From Halioglobus sp. (GTDB lineage Bacteria > Pseudomonadota > Gammaproteobacteria > Pseudomonadales > Halieaceae), in the NCBI GenBank assembly GCA_036960305.1, contig JBALWA010000007.1:14126-78125 (forward strand): 64,000 nucleotides of DNA, in the 5' to 3' direction. Every line of letters begins with the position of its first letter. Position 1 is the stretch's first letter. Under the pieces are notes generated by a model, which saw only the letters and a list, made by a program, of their open reading frames with translations, was not told where the DNA came from and did no database searches. Of this stretch, positions 8,601 to 18,648 are shown piece by piece. The position numbers and the translations under genes are program-made.

Positions 8601-9560
8601 TCAGGTTGACGGTTCCAACAGAGTAAACTCCACTCCAATATTCTCCAGCGAATGCACTTGCACAGCCCGTCGTACATCCTGTCCACTTTGTTCGACCGCC
8701 ACTAGCAGTGCAGATTCGGGATGATCACTGGATATAGAAAAATCAGCGAGAGCTGTTTCTACCCGTGCCAAATCACTCACCTCGGCTACCAGGCTATGTA
8801 CGGCAGGACCTCGCTGCGCCAGAAAGCTCGACAGCCCTGAGTCACGTTCCAGGGGTTGGAGGTACGCCAGTCGGACCAGGCCCAATTCAACGACCATATA
8901 CTCTACGGAACCCTCGGCGTGTGCCTGGATTGGTGTTATCACTGACAAGCTGTCCGCAAATACCGTTTTAAGTGCACTCAAGGTCTGTGCGAGGTCCTCG
9001 ACTACTACAGTAATTCCACGCAGAGTGTTGCCAGCAGAAACGCCTAAGCTGTTCCATTGAGGGCCAAAGGCCGGCAACATCAATGGCGGCTCAGGTTCAG
9101 CGATCCACGGGGTTTCAGCCAGTTCCAACTGGAACCCGAACACGGCCTGGGTATCGATGATATAGGACTGGTGATTGCCCTGCAGATTGTCCTCGTCGAT
9201 CAGCAGGCGCCAGTTATCATCCATAGGAAATTCGATCAGTGGTTCAAAGCCTGCCTCTCGGCTGTTGGCAACGATGTTATCGATACTGTCCACCAGGTAA
9301 CAAAGATTGTGCACACAGGGTCCGTGGGCCTGCAGAGCGTCATAGTGCGGCAGTCCCTCCATCAGCGGTTGGCAGAATTGCTGTACCGTCTCGCCAAAGC
9401 CTGCATGGCTGATGGCCAGGGCGGGATTGGTTAGCACCTGCGAAAAAACGTTCTCCACCTCAGTTTCGCCAAACACTTCGCTAAAGAAGCGTTGGCTGTC
9501 GGCCTGATCGGCTACCGCATATTCCACCTGGTGTAGTGGCGAGAGTGTTACTGCTTTCAT
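8601..9560 (-). CDS. VOC (glyoxalase/dioxygenase) superfamily protein, two-module
   Basis: 319 aa. The N-terminal module (LHQVEYAVADQADSQRFFSEVFG ... HNLCYLVDSID) repeats in the C-terminal half (GITVVVEDLAQTLSALKTVF ... VHSLVAEVSD). GGAGA SD. The family call is moderate. Confidence 0.5.
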   Translation of the reverse strand: MKAVTLSPLHQVEYAVADQADSQRFFSEVFGETEVENVFSQVLTNPALAISHAGFGETVQQFCQPLMEGLPHYDALQAHGPCVHNLCYLVDSIDNIVANSREAGFEPLIEFPMDDNWRLLIDEDNLQGNHQSYIIDTQAVFGFQLELAETPWIAEPEPPLMLPAFGPQWNSLGVSAGNTLRGITVVVEDLAQTLSALKTVFADSLSVITPIQAHAEGSVEYMVVELGLVRLAYLQPLERDSGLSSFLAQRGPAVHSLVAEVSDLARVETALADFSISSDHPESALLVAVEQSGQDVRRAVQVHSLENIGVEFTLLEPST

Positions 9561-9613
9561 TGTTCTTTCTCCTGAGTTATGTATGTTGGGCCTGGCTGTT
9601 CGATTCGACCCAT

Positions 9614-11671
9614 CTATAGGGAGCAGGCCACTTGCATGCCTTCATCGGTAGCCTTGCGGATCAAGCCGAGACCGGTGCAGTCGCCTATGGCGTGTACTTC
9701 CGGCGCCAGTTCCTTGACCGCGTCGTAAAGTGCAGTGGCCGCCACTGGCTCACCTGCAAGAATGACGGAGTCGGCCGATATAAGCCGTTCAACGCCAAGA
9801 GCGGTACGATAGCGCACTGCACTTGCATCAATTGCCTCGCACTGTACCTCGGTGTTCAGTGTCACTCCCAGGCGGTCCAGGCGGTCCATATGTTCGGCAA
9901 GGCGTTTAGGGCCAATCTCTGGTGCAATGCGTTTGCGCTGCTCCAGTACACTCACCTTGCGGCCCCGATTAGCCAGGAACTCTGCCAGCTCAATTGCCGC
10001 CAGGTCCGCACCGATGATTACCACCTGCTTGCCCAGAGGCAACCAGCCTCGGGTGAAGTTTCTCATCAGAGCCGGAGTCAAATGCGAACTCACGGCTTTC
10101 ATGAACCACTGTGCCGGGTTCCTTAACAGCGCTGGCAACATGGTGAAATCGCTGCTGTCGGCCTGGCCTTCCACCATGCGGCGCAGTTGGGCGCCGCTGA
10201 ACACATGACGCTGATTAGCGCCGGGAATGTCAGGGGTTTCCACTTTTGCGCCCGTCGCCACCACAATCGCATCCGGATTGAGCTTGTTTATCACCTCTGC
10301 ACTGGCCTCCTGTCCCAGACGCAGATCCACGCCGGAACCCTTTACCTGCCGTGTCAGCCAGTGGAAGAACAATTCATTATCTGAGTGTACGGTGGATGCC
10401 AGTAACATGGAGCCGCCCAGTCTCCCCTGTCGTTCCAGCAGCGTCACATCGTGGCCGCGCAGATCTGCAACCCGTGCTGCCTCCAATCCGGCGGGACCAC
10501 CGCCGATAACTACCACCCGTTTGCGCTGTGCTGCCTGCGTCAGCACATTGCTAACCTCCCGCCCTGCGGCGGCATTGACTGCACAATTGAGGTTCTGGTA
10601 ATCGATCATCGAATCAATGCAATTTTCACAGGAAATACAACGGCGGATATCCGCCACCCTGCCGCTACGGGCTTTGTTGGGCCACTCAGGATCTGCCAGG
10701 AAGGGGCGCCCCATGGCGATCAGGTCTGCACTTCCCGCCGCGAGAATACGCTCCGCATGCTCCGGCGTGTGAATTCGACCGACCACCATCACCGGTACAT
10801 CAACGGCTTGCCTGATGGCCTCGGCGGCAGTGACGTTAATCCCATCGGGGTAATCGCTGCCCATGACCATTTGGCTGACCAAACGGTCGGTACTGCCACC
10901 ACTGATACGAAAGGCATCCGCTCCGGCTTCAACCAGCATTTGCGCCAGGCGTTGGGTCTCATTGATTTCACGACCGCCGGGAGAGCGTTCATAGCCCGAC
11001 AGGCTCACTGTAATGGGGAAGTCCTCACCCACTGCCGTCCGTACGGCGGTGAGCGTCTCAACAAGCATACGCGCCCTGCCCCGCAAACTCTTGCCACCGT
11101 ATTCATCGGCTCGGGCATTACGCAGTGGCGACAGAAACGAACCCAGCAGCATATACGCATGAGCCGCGTGCAGCTCCATGCCGTCATAACCCGCATCTTT
11201 AGTTCTCACAGCTGCCGCCGCATACTGCGCAATGACTGCAGGGATCTCATCCAGCTCCAATGGCCTACAGGCCTGAAAAGCGCCGGGGTTAACATTGACG
11301 CTGGGCCCCACGCCCGGTTTACCTTCAAAAAAAGGCGCCAGTGATTCTGGGCCGGGATGGGTAATTTGGGGTTGTATCTTGACGCCATGACTGTGCGCCA
11401 TCTCGGTAATCTTCCGGTGCAGCGGGATAAAGCGGTCTTCTGACAGACTCAAGGAGTGTACCTGGTAGCGATGATCCAGCGCCACCGAACACACCTCTAG
11501 CGTAATTAGCCCAACACCTCCGCGCATGCGGGCCTCAAGATAGGCCAGCAAACGCTCAGAGGGCTCCTGTTCCTGGGTGCCGTAATCCGTGGTCATCGGC
11601 GACATTACGATGCGGTTGGGCAACTGCATCGAACCGATACGGATCGGCGAGAACAGGGTGTCATAGGCCAT
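9614..11671 (-). CDS. Old-Yellow-Enzyme-type FMN oxidoreductase fused to Fe-S and FAD/NAD(P) domains (2,4-dienoyl-CoA reductase-like)
   Basis: LFSPIRIGSMQLPNRIVMSPMTT (OYE N-terminus), Cys cluster CISCENCIDS...NCAVN, Rossmann VVVIGGGPAGLEAA and VVIIGADLAAIELAEFL. The ATG at 11669-11671 overlaps the upstream stop (TGATG). Confidence 0.85.
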   Translation of the reverse strand: MAYDTLFSPIRIGSMQLPNRIVMSPMTTDYGTQEQEPSERLLAYLEARMRGGVGLITLEVCSVALDHRYQVHSLSLSEDRFIPLHRKITEMAHSHGVKIQPQITHPGPESLAPFFEGKPGVGPSVNVNPGAFQACRPLELDEIPAVIAQYAAAAVRTKDAGYDGMELHAAHAYMLLGSFLSPLRNARADEYGGKSLRGRARMLVETLTAVRTAVGEDFPITVSLSGYERSPGGREINETQRLAQMLVEAGADAFRISGGSTDRLVSQMVMGSDYPDGINVTAAEAIRQAVDVPVMVVGRIHTPEHAERILAAGSADLIAMGRPFLADPEWPNKARSGRVADIRRCISCENCIDSMIDYQNLNCAVNAAAGREVSNVLTQAAQRKRVVVIGGGPAGLEAARVADLRGHDVTLLERQGRLGGSMLLASTVHSDNELFFHWLTRQVKGSGVDLRLGQEASAEVINKLNPDAIVVATGAKVETPDIPGANQRHVFSGAQLRRMVEGQADSSDFTMLPALLRNPAQWFMKAVSSHLTPALMRNFTRGWLPLGKQVVIIGADLAAIELAEFLANRGRKVSVLEQRKRIAPEIGPKRLAEHMDRLDRLGVTLNTEVQCEAIDASAVRYRTALGVERLISADSVILAGEPVAATALYDAVKELAPEVHAIGDCTGLGLIRKATDEGMQVACSL

Positions 11672-12582
11672 CAAGCGTTCTCCCACAAACCAAAGCTTTC
11701 CATCATGGCTTTGAAACGCTCCAGTGAGCGTACCTTGACCTCCAGCGTTGTGTGGTCCTCGCCCTCCTCTACCCAGAAAGCTCGCCCCCAGGGGGAAGGC
11801 GTCCAGGGCAGGACACTGGCGTGGTAGGTACCGGCCGGGTCCAGGGTTGCGATGAATTCAGGCGTATACATTTCCATTGCGCTGATCAGCACATCGAAGG
11901 GTTCATCGTACTTGCCATTTTGCTTGCGCAGTTCGAACAGGGCATCAATGACCTGTTTCATTTCTTCGTTCGCCAGGGGTACGCCCAGCCAACCGTCATT
12001 GTCCGCAGACCTTCGCAGTGCCGCCTTGCTCTTACCGCCCACCCAAACCGGTATCGGTTCAGAGGGCACTGGAGACATGATGACATCGCTGAACTCGAAG
12101 AACTCTCCGCTGTGACTCACTACCTCTCCAGTATTGAGCGCCTGCACGGCCTTGATCACCTCATCCAGGCGCCGCCCGCGGGATTTGAAATCCATCCCCA
12201 TCAAGTCGAACTCCTCTTTCACCCAGCCGGCAGAGACGCCGCAGGCCACCCGGTTATTGGTGAAAATCGCCGCTGCGCTGGTAGCTCGAGACACAGTGAA
12301 GGGGTCGCGCAAGGCCGCCAGGTAGATATTGGTCGCCATGCGCAGCTTGGTAGTGGCAACGCCCATCGCAGTCAGCGTCACCCAAGGATCGCACCAGGGA
12401 TTGGTTTGGGGCCACCAGACCTTGCCATCTTCCGTATACGGATAGGGTGTTTCAATATTGGTTGGATAAACCAGGTGATCGGGAACGGTAACGCCCTCAT
12501 AGCCCAGTTCTTCGGCTTTTTGGGCTATGGCAACGAATTGATCTACTTCGACCGTGTTGACCAGGGATATCCAGTATTTCAT
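11671..12582 (-). CDS. LLM-class (luciferase-like) flavin/F420-type oxidoreductase
   Basis: MKYWISLVNTVEVDQFVAIAQKAEELGYEGVTVPDHLVYP and PVWVGGKSKAALRR are typical of this class. The ATG at 12582 has GGAG 7 nt upstream. Confidence 0.75.
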   Translation of the reverse strand: MKYWISLVNTVEVDQFVAIAQKAEELGYEGVTVPDHLVYPTNIETPYPYTEDGKVWWPQTNPWCDPWVTLTAMGVATTKLRMATNIYLAALRDPFTVSRATSAAAIFTNNRVACGVSAGWVKEEFDLMGMDFKSRGRRLDEVIKAVQALNTGEVVSHSGEFFEFSDVIMSPVPSEPIPVWVGGKSKAALRRSADNDGWLGVPLANEEMKQVIDALFELRKQNGKYDEPFDVLISAMEMYTPEFIATLDPAGTYHASVLPWTPSPWGRAFWVEEGEDHTTLEVKVRSLERFKAMMESFGLWENA

Positions 12583-12615
12583 TGCTAACTCCAATTTTTT
12601 ATGAGAATTTAGTAT

Positions 12616-12639
12616 TTTACATAACTATAAAAATGTAAA
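12616..12639. promoter_or_regulatory. Inverted repeat TTTACAT-N10-ATGTAAA, 34 nt upstream of the LLM gene
   Basis: Read directly: 12616-12622 TTTACAT, 12633-12639 ATGTAAA. Same geometry as the sites at 3781 and 28829. Confidence 0.35.
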
Positions 12640-12700
12640 GCTTTAGGGTGCGTAGGCTTCTTTTGGTTTAATACCTTATTCAATTCCTTGTAGATGAACG

Positions 12701-12997
12701 CTACTCTAGTAGCGGCAGGTAATCGATTTCCATGAATTGGTCGACCTCTACCATCCAGCGCTGCTCCACGAATGCCGCGTGATCCGGATCAGCATTGTAG
12801 TCCTGGTAGACACTCTCATCTGCAAAGAACATGGAAAGACCAAAATCAAAGGGACTTTTGTCACTGACTTGCCTTAGGCATTGGAATTGCTCCACGCCCT
12901 TAATGTTTGATAGGCTTCTCGCCGCGGCCAGGAATTCAGTCTCTCGTGTAGAGCCCCGCGGGTGTTTCAGGCGAAAAACGACGGTATGTTGCAACAT
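12701..12997 (-). CDS. Dabb (stress-responsive alpha/beta-barrel) family protein
   Basis: 98 aa: MLQHTVVFRLKHP ... FDFGLSMFFADESVYQDYNADPDHAAFVEQRW, the typical Dabb pattern. Confidence 0.75.
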   Translation of the reverse strand: MLQHTVVFRLKHPRGSTRETEFLAAARSLSNIKGVEQFQCLRQVSDKSPFDFGLSMFFADESVYQDYNADPDHAAFVEQRWMVEVDQFMEIDYLPLLE

Positions 12998-13295
12998 GTA
13001 TATGCCACCACTCGGATTTATTGAATATCCGATAGCCTAACCCACCACCCGTTGAATCACTCGGCCTTATTTAAAGGAAAAACTATACAGAGTTAGCAAT
13101 ATGCCAGCGCAAGCCACTGAGAATCGAGTATCGAAGTCTTGCCAAGTGTGTACTTTCACTCGCCGTGCAATTGCTAAAGAATACATCATCCAATTCTTCC
13201 CGGACGGCCGGCTACTGAGAACTCATTGTGAACCGTCTTGAATTGTTGAAGCACGCAACCCTGTTACCCCTGTCTGACTGGAGCTAGCTGAATTA

Positions 13296-16200
13296 ATGGC
13301 AAACAAATCTAAGTGGAAACGAATCCTGCTGTGGTCGACAGGCAGTATTTTGGGTCTGGTACTGGTACTGCTTGTAGGGACTTATTTTGTCGCCGTGGTG
13401 GGCATTGGCGGTGCCAGCCTGCAGGACGGCATGCAGATGACTCTGTACACCGATGAACACATAGAACACATTCCTGTCGCGTTGGACATCACCCCGGACG
13501 GTACAATTTTTGTTGCGCAGACTGCACAGTTTGGCGAAGGCGTGGGAGATAACCGGCAACAGTCCTTCTGGCTACTCGACGACCAGGCCGCCAATAGTAG
13601 CGCTGACCGGGACGCTTATATCGAGAAGTGGATAAAGGCGGGCGAGTTTGAAGCAGACTGGTTTACCAAAAATGCTGACTACATCACCCGCATCCAAGAT
13701 AGCGACGGTGACGGTCTTGCCGACACAGCCAACACCTTCGCCGAACGCAGGGGGCGGCTGGTAGGCTTGACCTCCGGCGTGCTGGTCAAGGGCAAGGACG
13801 TTTGGGTTACCAGTATCCCGGACGTGGTGAAATACCATGATCGTAACGGAGATGGTCAGGCCAGTGAAGACGAAACCGAGATACTGAGTACTGGCTACGG
13901 CTTTCGTGCTAACTTTTTGGGACATGATATGCACGGCTTAACCTGGGGGCCGGATGGGAAAATCTATTATTCCCTGGGTGATCGAGGCTACAACGTGCAT
14001 ACCCGGGAGGGAAATCACCTGCAGCCGCCGATGGATAATGGCCGGGGTGCGGTTTTCCGTATGAACCCGGACGGTAGCGAACTCGAAGTGTTTGCGACCG
14101 GCTTGCGTAACCCACAGGAAATCGCCTTTGATAATTACGGTAACTTGTTTACCGGTGACAACAATTCAGACGGTGGCGACAAAGCCCGTATTGTCTATGT
14201 TGTCGAAGGCGGCGACTCGGGTTGGATGGCGCCTTACCAGTTCCAGGCAGACGAAGACTATCTTAGGGGCCCCTGGAATGCAGAGAAGCTCTGGCATCCC
14301 CGCCACAAAGGCCAACCTGCCTGGATTGTGCCCCCGATCGCCAACCTGGCAAGCGGTCCTTCGGGCATGGCCTTCTATCCGGGCCTGGGTCTGCCAGAAC
14401 GATATAATGACCACTTTTTCCTTGCCGATTATGTCTTTGCGCCCATCGTAAGCCACTTATGGTCTTTTGCTGTGACGCCTGAGGGCGCTGGCTTTGAACT
14501 TGATGATGCACACAAGTTCGCCACCAACAAATTATTCATCGACCAGGTGTTCGGCTATGACGGCGCCCTTTACACCCTGAGCGCCAGCACCTTCGGCGAC
14601 AACCGTGCTATCCATAAGATGTATCAGGAGACACCGGAACAGCCAGAGTTGATTGCCGAGGTTCAATCGCTATTTCAACAGGGCTTTGAGCAACTGGAGA
14701 ATACGCATTTACAACAATTGCTGGGCCATGCCGATCAGCGGGTCAGGCGTGAGGCGCAGTTTGAATTAGCCGCACGAGAAGAAATCACGCTACTGGCAGA
14801 GGTAGCGCACGACACTAACGCCGCGTTGTTGCCCCGTATCCATGCCGTATGGGGGCTGGGGCAGACTGGAAAACCAGGCTTGCAGCAAGCGGGCTGGCAA
14901 CAGTTAGGCTGGCTTGACGAACAGCCAACGGAGCTGCGAGCTCAGGTTCTGAAGGTTGTTGCTAACGCGAAAGCAAAGTGGCTCCTTCCCGAGATCATTG
15001 AACTTCTCGCTGACAGCGAGCCCCGCGTGCAATATTTTGCGAGCCTGGCAGCGGGTAAGATAGGCAGTACCGCTGCGATTCCAGCCCTGGTTAACATGTT
15101 GCGCACCAACAATGACGAAGACGCCTATTTGCGCCATGCCGCTGTTTATGCGCTTGAGCTGATTGGCAACACTGAGGCTTTAGAGCCGTATATGCAGGAT
15201 GATTCCTCTGCGGTACGTATGGGGGTATTGCTGGCTCAACGCAGGTTGCAAGATGGAGCGATAGCAGGCTTTCTCAGTGATACCGACCAGGCGCTGGTGG
15301 TCGAAGCGGCCAGGGCCATTTACGATATGAAAATCAGCGCGGCGATGGGTCCGCTGGCTAAGCTCGCATCTCACGATGTGCGAAGTAGTGGTGACGATGA
15401 ACAGACCAGCTATGCGCTGCATCGTCGGGTGATTAATGCCAATTTGTTGTTAGGTGAATCGCACAATGCCGACGCGCTGGCGCTTTACGCTCTAAATGAC
15501 TCTAATCCCATGGCTATGCGACGAGAAGCACTGGCAGCCCTGACTGAGTTTGCAGCGCCCGAAGTAATCGACCGGGTAATAGGCACCTATCGTGAACTGC
15601 CATCGCGCGACGTATCCGTGGTCTACGCCGCACTTGACGAACATATCCCCGCTCTGCTCGATACAAATTTGAAAGATCAGGCAATGCAGGTCGCACTACA
15701 CTATAAACGTGTTCCCCTGTCGTTTGACGAACTACTGGTACTGGTTGAGTCCAGTGATCAATCAGTCGAGTTACGCGTTGCGAGCCTGCAGGCACTGCCC
15801 CAGCGGGTGACACCCGATGGCCATAGCCGAGCCGTTGCTGCCGTCGACAAGTTGCTGAGCAGTGAAGTGCTGCCCCTGCGTCTCGCTGCATTGACTGTGA
15901 TGGCACAGCTGGATACCCCAAGGGCTGTCGGATCGGCTATTGAACTAAGCTCCGAGGGCGTTATTGCGGAGCAACAGGCAGCAATTAAATTATTGGGATC
16001 GGTGAACGAAAGTGCTGCAACAGAGCGGCTACTGGATCTCTTGCAGTCCCTGCGTGAAGGGGAGATTAGTAGCGAATTACAGCTGGACGTCATCGCAGCT
16101 GCGGAGCAGTCTGAGGAGCCTCGCCTGGTGGCTGCCATCACTGACTACCACCACAGTCAGGCCGATAACAGCGAATTACAGAAGCGCAGCGTCGCCATGT

Positions 16201-16631
16201 TCGGCGGCGACCCCCGGCGCGGTAAAAACATCTTTGAAAATCAGGGGGATTGTCTGCGCTGCCATACTGTAAAGGGACGTGGTGGCAACTCAGGTCCCGT
16301 GCTTGATGGCATCGCGATTCGTTTCGACTCTGACTACTTGCTGCAAGCCCTGGTCGAACCTGCGGCCATCGTGGCGCCGGGTTACGGCTTTGTCAGTCTG
16401 GTTTTGACAGATGGGACCACGGTTGCAGGTACGCTTCTCGGAGAAACTGATAGCGAAGTCCGTGTCAGTGGGGAGGGAAGCCACGGTGAGGGCCAGGGCA
16501 TGGTCATCTCCCGGTCTGACATCGCCAGCCAAACCCCGCCCATCAGTGGCATGCCGCCTATGGGCGTGGTGCTATCCAGGCATGACTTGCGCGATGTGAT
16601 GGCCTACCTGGGCTCACTTGACGTTAAATGA
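13296..16631 (+). CDS. PVC-type heme-binding CxxCH protein: membrane-anchored beta-propeller dehydrogenase-like domain + HEAT repeats + cytochrome c domain
   Basis: 1111 aa with an N-terminal TM (ILLWSTGSILGLVLVLLVGTYFVAVV). Propeller motif GLRNPQEIAFDNYGNLFTGDNNSDGGD. HEAT-like repeats (EPRVQYFASLAAGKIGSTAAIPALVNML). C-terminal GKNIFENQGDCLRCHTVKGRGG, with CLRCH encoded at 16251-16265. Confidence 0.75.
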   Translation: MANKSKWKRILLWSTGSILGLVLVLLVGTYFVAVVGIGGASLQDGMQMTLYTDEHIEHIPVALDITPDGTIFVAQTAQFGEGVGDNRQQSFWLLDDQAANSSADRDAYIEKWIKAGEFEADWFTKNADYITRIQDSDGDGLADTANTFAERRGRLVGLTSGVLVKGKDVWVTSIPDVVKYHDRNGDGQASEDETEILSTGYGFRANFLGHDMHGLTWGPDGKIYYSLGDRGYNVHTREGNHLQPPMDNGRGAVFRMNPDGSELEVFATGLRNPQEIAFDNYGNLFTGDNNSDGGDKARIVYVVEGGDSGWMAPYQFQADEDYLRGPWNAEKLWHPRHKGQPAWIVPPIANLASGPSGMAFYPGLGLPERYNDHFFLADYVFAPIVSHLWSFAVTPEGAGFELDDAHKFATNKLFIDQVFGYDGALYTLSASTFGDNRAIHKMYQETPEQPELIAEVQSLFQQGFEQLENTHLQQLLGHADQRVRREAQFELAAREEITLLAEVAHDTNAALLPRIHAVWGLGQTGKPGLQQAGWQQLGWLDEQPTELRAQVLKVVANAKAKWLLPEIIELLADSEPRVQYFASLAAGKIGSTAAIPALVNMLRTNNDEDAYLRHAAVYALELIGNTEALEPYMQDDSSAVRMGVLLAQRRLQDGAIAGFLSDTDQALVVEAARAIYDMKISAAMGPLAKLASHDVRSSGDDEQTSYALHRRVINANLLLGESHNADALALYALNDSNPMAMRREALAALTEFAAPEVIDRVIGTYRELPSRDVSVVYAALDEHIPALLDTNLKDQAMQVALHYKRVPLSFDELLVLVESSDQSVELRVASLQALPQRVTPDGHSRAVAAVDKLLSSEVLPLRLAALTVMAQLDTPRAVGSAIELSSEGVIAEQQAAIKLLGSVNESAATERLLDLLQSLREGEISSELQLDVIAAAEQSEEPRLVAAITDYHHSQADNSELQKRSVAMFGGDPRRGKNIFENQGDCLRCHTVKGRGGNSGPVLDGIAIRFDSDYLLQALVEPAAIVAPGYGFVSLVLTDGTTVAGTLLGETDSEVRVSGEGSHGEGQGMVISRSDIASQTPPISGMPPMGVVLSRHDLRDVMAYLGSLDVK

Positions 16632-16669
16632 AAATGTAATAACTGAATCGATTTAAGGCGGAACAACTA

Positions 16670-17491
16670 ATGAAAAAAATATTTGCCTGGTTGGGCGTTG
16701 TAGTGGCTGTGCTGGTAGTGGCTGGTGGTATCGGTGTTGCCAGGTTCTTTGGTTTTATTCTGGTCGACCTGGATGATACGCCCCCCGTGATTCCCATTGA
16801 CCTGGCTCGCCCCGCAGTACTGGTTTTTTCCAAGGCTAATGGCTTTGTCCACGTTGACGCCCTGCCTGCAGGTAAAACAATGCTGGAAAATATTGCTGCG
16901 GAAAATGGCTGGGGAATTTTCCAGACTGAAAATGGGGCTGTGATGGCGCCGGAATTGTTAGAGAAATTTGACGTCATCGTCTGGAACAATACCAGTGGCA
17001 CTACGTTGTCTGAACAACAGCAGTCTGCATTCAAAGACTATCTTGAGCAAGGTGGTGGTTTTGTCGGCATTCACGCCGCTGGCGGTGATCCCTGGTACAG
17101 CTGGAAATGGTATGTCAACGACCTGATCGGCGCCCAGTTTATCGGTCACACCATGGACCCCCACTTCCAGGATGCAGATGTTCTAGTGCTGGAATCCGCG
17201 GACCCCATCGTGGCCCACCTACCCTCCAGATGGCGCGTTCCTGCAGAGGAATGGTATGGTTTTGACAGTAGCGCGAGGGACAAGGGCCACACGGTGCTGC
17301 TGGCCCTGGATGAGGAAACTTACGACCCCAATAACTCTGGCATGGAGGGCGAGCACCCCAGCACGTGGAAACGCGATATCGGCCAGGGACGGATGTTTTA
17401 TACCGCCATAGGCCACCAGGCCGCGACCTATGACCTTCCGGAGTTTCGTGAGATGGTTGAAAAAGCCATTAGCTGGGCTGGCAATTTCTGA
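16670..17491 (+). CDS. ThuA-domain protein (membrane-anchored or exported)
   Basis: N-terminal TM, then VLVFSKANGFVH..., FDVIVWNNTSG, GGGFVGIHAAGG and TAIGHQ, which are ThuA-like motifs. It starts 38 nt after the heme-protein gene. Confidence 0.75.
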   Translation: MKKIFAWLGVVVAVLVVAGGIGVARFFGFILVDLDDTPPVIPIDLARPAVLVFSKANGFVHVDALPAGKTMLENIAAENGWGIFQTENGAVMAPELLEKFDVIVWNNTSGTTLSEQQQSAFKDYLEQGGGFVGIHAAGGDPWYSWKWYVNDLIGAQFIGHTMDPHFQDADVLVLESADPIVAHLPSRWRVPAEEWYGFDSSARDKGHTVLLALDEETYDPNNSGMEGEHPSTWKRDIGQGRMFYTAIGHQAATYDLPEFREMVEKAISWAGNF

Positions 17492-17541
17492 GTCACCCTT
17501 ATGGGGCGAGCATGTTGCAATGAAAATAACTTCACGCTTTC

Positions 17542-18648
17542 TTACTGGTATAACTGTTTGGCTTCCGGCGCGTGAATAAAGCGCGGATTGCTGAGCTTTT
17601 CCTGGTATAGGCCCGGGAGTTCCGGAAACAGGTCCAGGCGGGTGTTGTTGAAACCGCCCTGAATTTGAGGCCAAATCCAGTTCCAGCGCTGCCAGTCGAT
17701 AATAATCAAATTCATACCCTTGATCTGCGGATAATCCTCAAACAGTGAGAAAAAGGCGGCAAACCAATCCAGCGACTCCTGCAAGGTGACGGGGTCGCGA
17801 AAGCTCATGATGGTCTCACCGCCCATCCAGGGGGCCGACTCGCCAATGAATACTGGCTTATTCCGACTGGCGGCATTCTCATAGAACTCGATACTTCCAG
17901 GGGAGCGGAAGTGATCAATTGCGAATTCGCTGATGCTCCACCAGTCTACATACTCATCCCCTGGATAGAAGTCCATGTAGGGATGCTCGGAGAGTATCGG
18001 CATGCCAGACAACTCGTCGAGATCCGGTACCGATGCGTGCCACAGGGTGGCCACGTTGGTAACCCCCATCGAACGCATTTTATCGACGATGTAACGATAG
18101 CCTTCACGGTAGCCCTTGGGGTCGAAGTGATTGCGATTGTTGAACTCCCAGCCAATGCGCATCATCACCGGCTTGCCGACTTGGGCAACGGCCTTAAAAA
18201 ACAGTTCCAGCTGCTTATCTCCTTCACCTGCCAGCGTCTTTTCGGGGTCGAAATCATAAGCAATCTGGGCGATCTGCCAGCTGTCCTCCTCGGCGAAGGC
18301 GGTGTAGCGCTCGATAAAGCCCTCTAATTGTGCCTGTCCGTCATCTCTCTGGGGATGGATATAGAAAGACACAACTGCCGGGGAGTACTCACCTACGGCT
18401 TCGGTATAGTCTCGATAATCCTGCATATCACCGGCGGCGCCCGGATGATCGGTATTCCAACCGTGGGAAATCTGGCCCCATCCATGGAGCGCCCTGCCCG
18501 CTGGCGGCTCGAATTTGGCACCAAAGAAAGGCGCGGCCTCTGGTTCGATAGCACTCTCAGCAATGGCACTTTGACCACCGACACAAGTGAGATAAATAAG
18601 AGAAAATAGCGCCAGAAAGCGGCGTGCATTGAAAAGATCGATTGTCAT
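17542..18648 (-). CDS. GH26-like glycoside hydrolase (clan GH-A), secreted
   Basis: Signal peptide LFSLIYLTCVGGQSAIA. MRIGWEFNN (compare the GH26 HEMNG region), NVATLWHAS, YPGDEYVDWWSISEF (compare GH26 YPGDdyVD) and FIGESAPW (putative nucleophile Glu). The ATG at 18648 has AGGTG upstream. Confidence 0.55.
   Translation of the reverse strand: MTIDLFNARRFLALFSLIYLTCVGGQSAIAESAIEPEAAPFFGAKFEPPAGRALHGWGQISHGWNTDHPGAAGDMQDYRDYTEAVGEYSPAVVSFYIHPQRDDGQAQLEGFIERYTAFAEEDSWQIAQIAYDFDPEKTLAGEGDKQLELFFKAVAQVGKPVMMRIGWEFNNRNHFDPKGYREGYRYIVDKMRSMGVTNVATLWHASVPDLDELSGMPILSEHPYMDFYPGDEYVDWWSISEFAIDHFRSPGSIEFYENAASRNKPVFIGESAPWMGGETIMSFRDPVTLQESLDWFAAFFSLFEDYPQIKGMNLIIIDWQRWNWIWPQIQGGFNNTRLDLFPELPGLYQEKLSNPRFIHAPEAKQLYQ

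Noticed and set aside
10451-11344. Long ORFs antisense to well-supported genes: 10451-11344, 11752-12588, 48461-49297, 28252-29094, 23672-24226, 61914-62483, 8142-8724 and 20452-20931.
   Set aside because: Each lies fully inside a gene with clear family motifs on the other strand. Their translations are Arg/Gly/His/Cys-rich with no recognisable domains. This is the usual antisense-ORF artefact of moderately GC-rich DNA.
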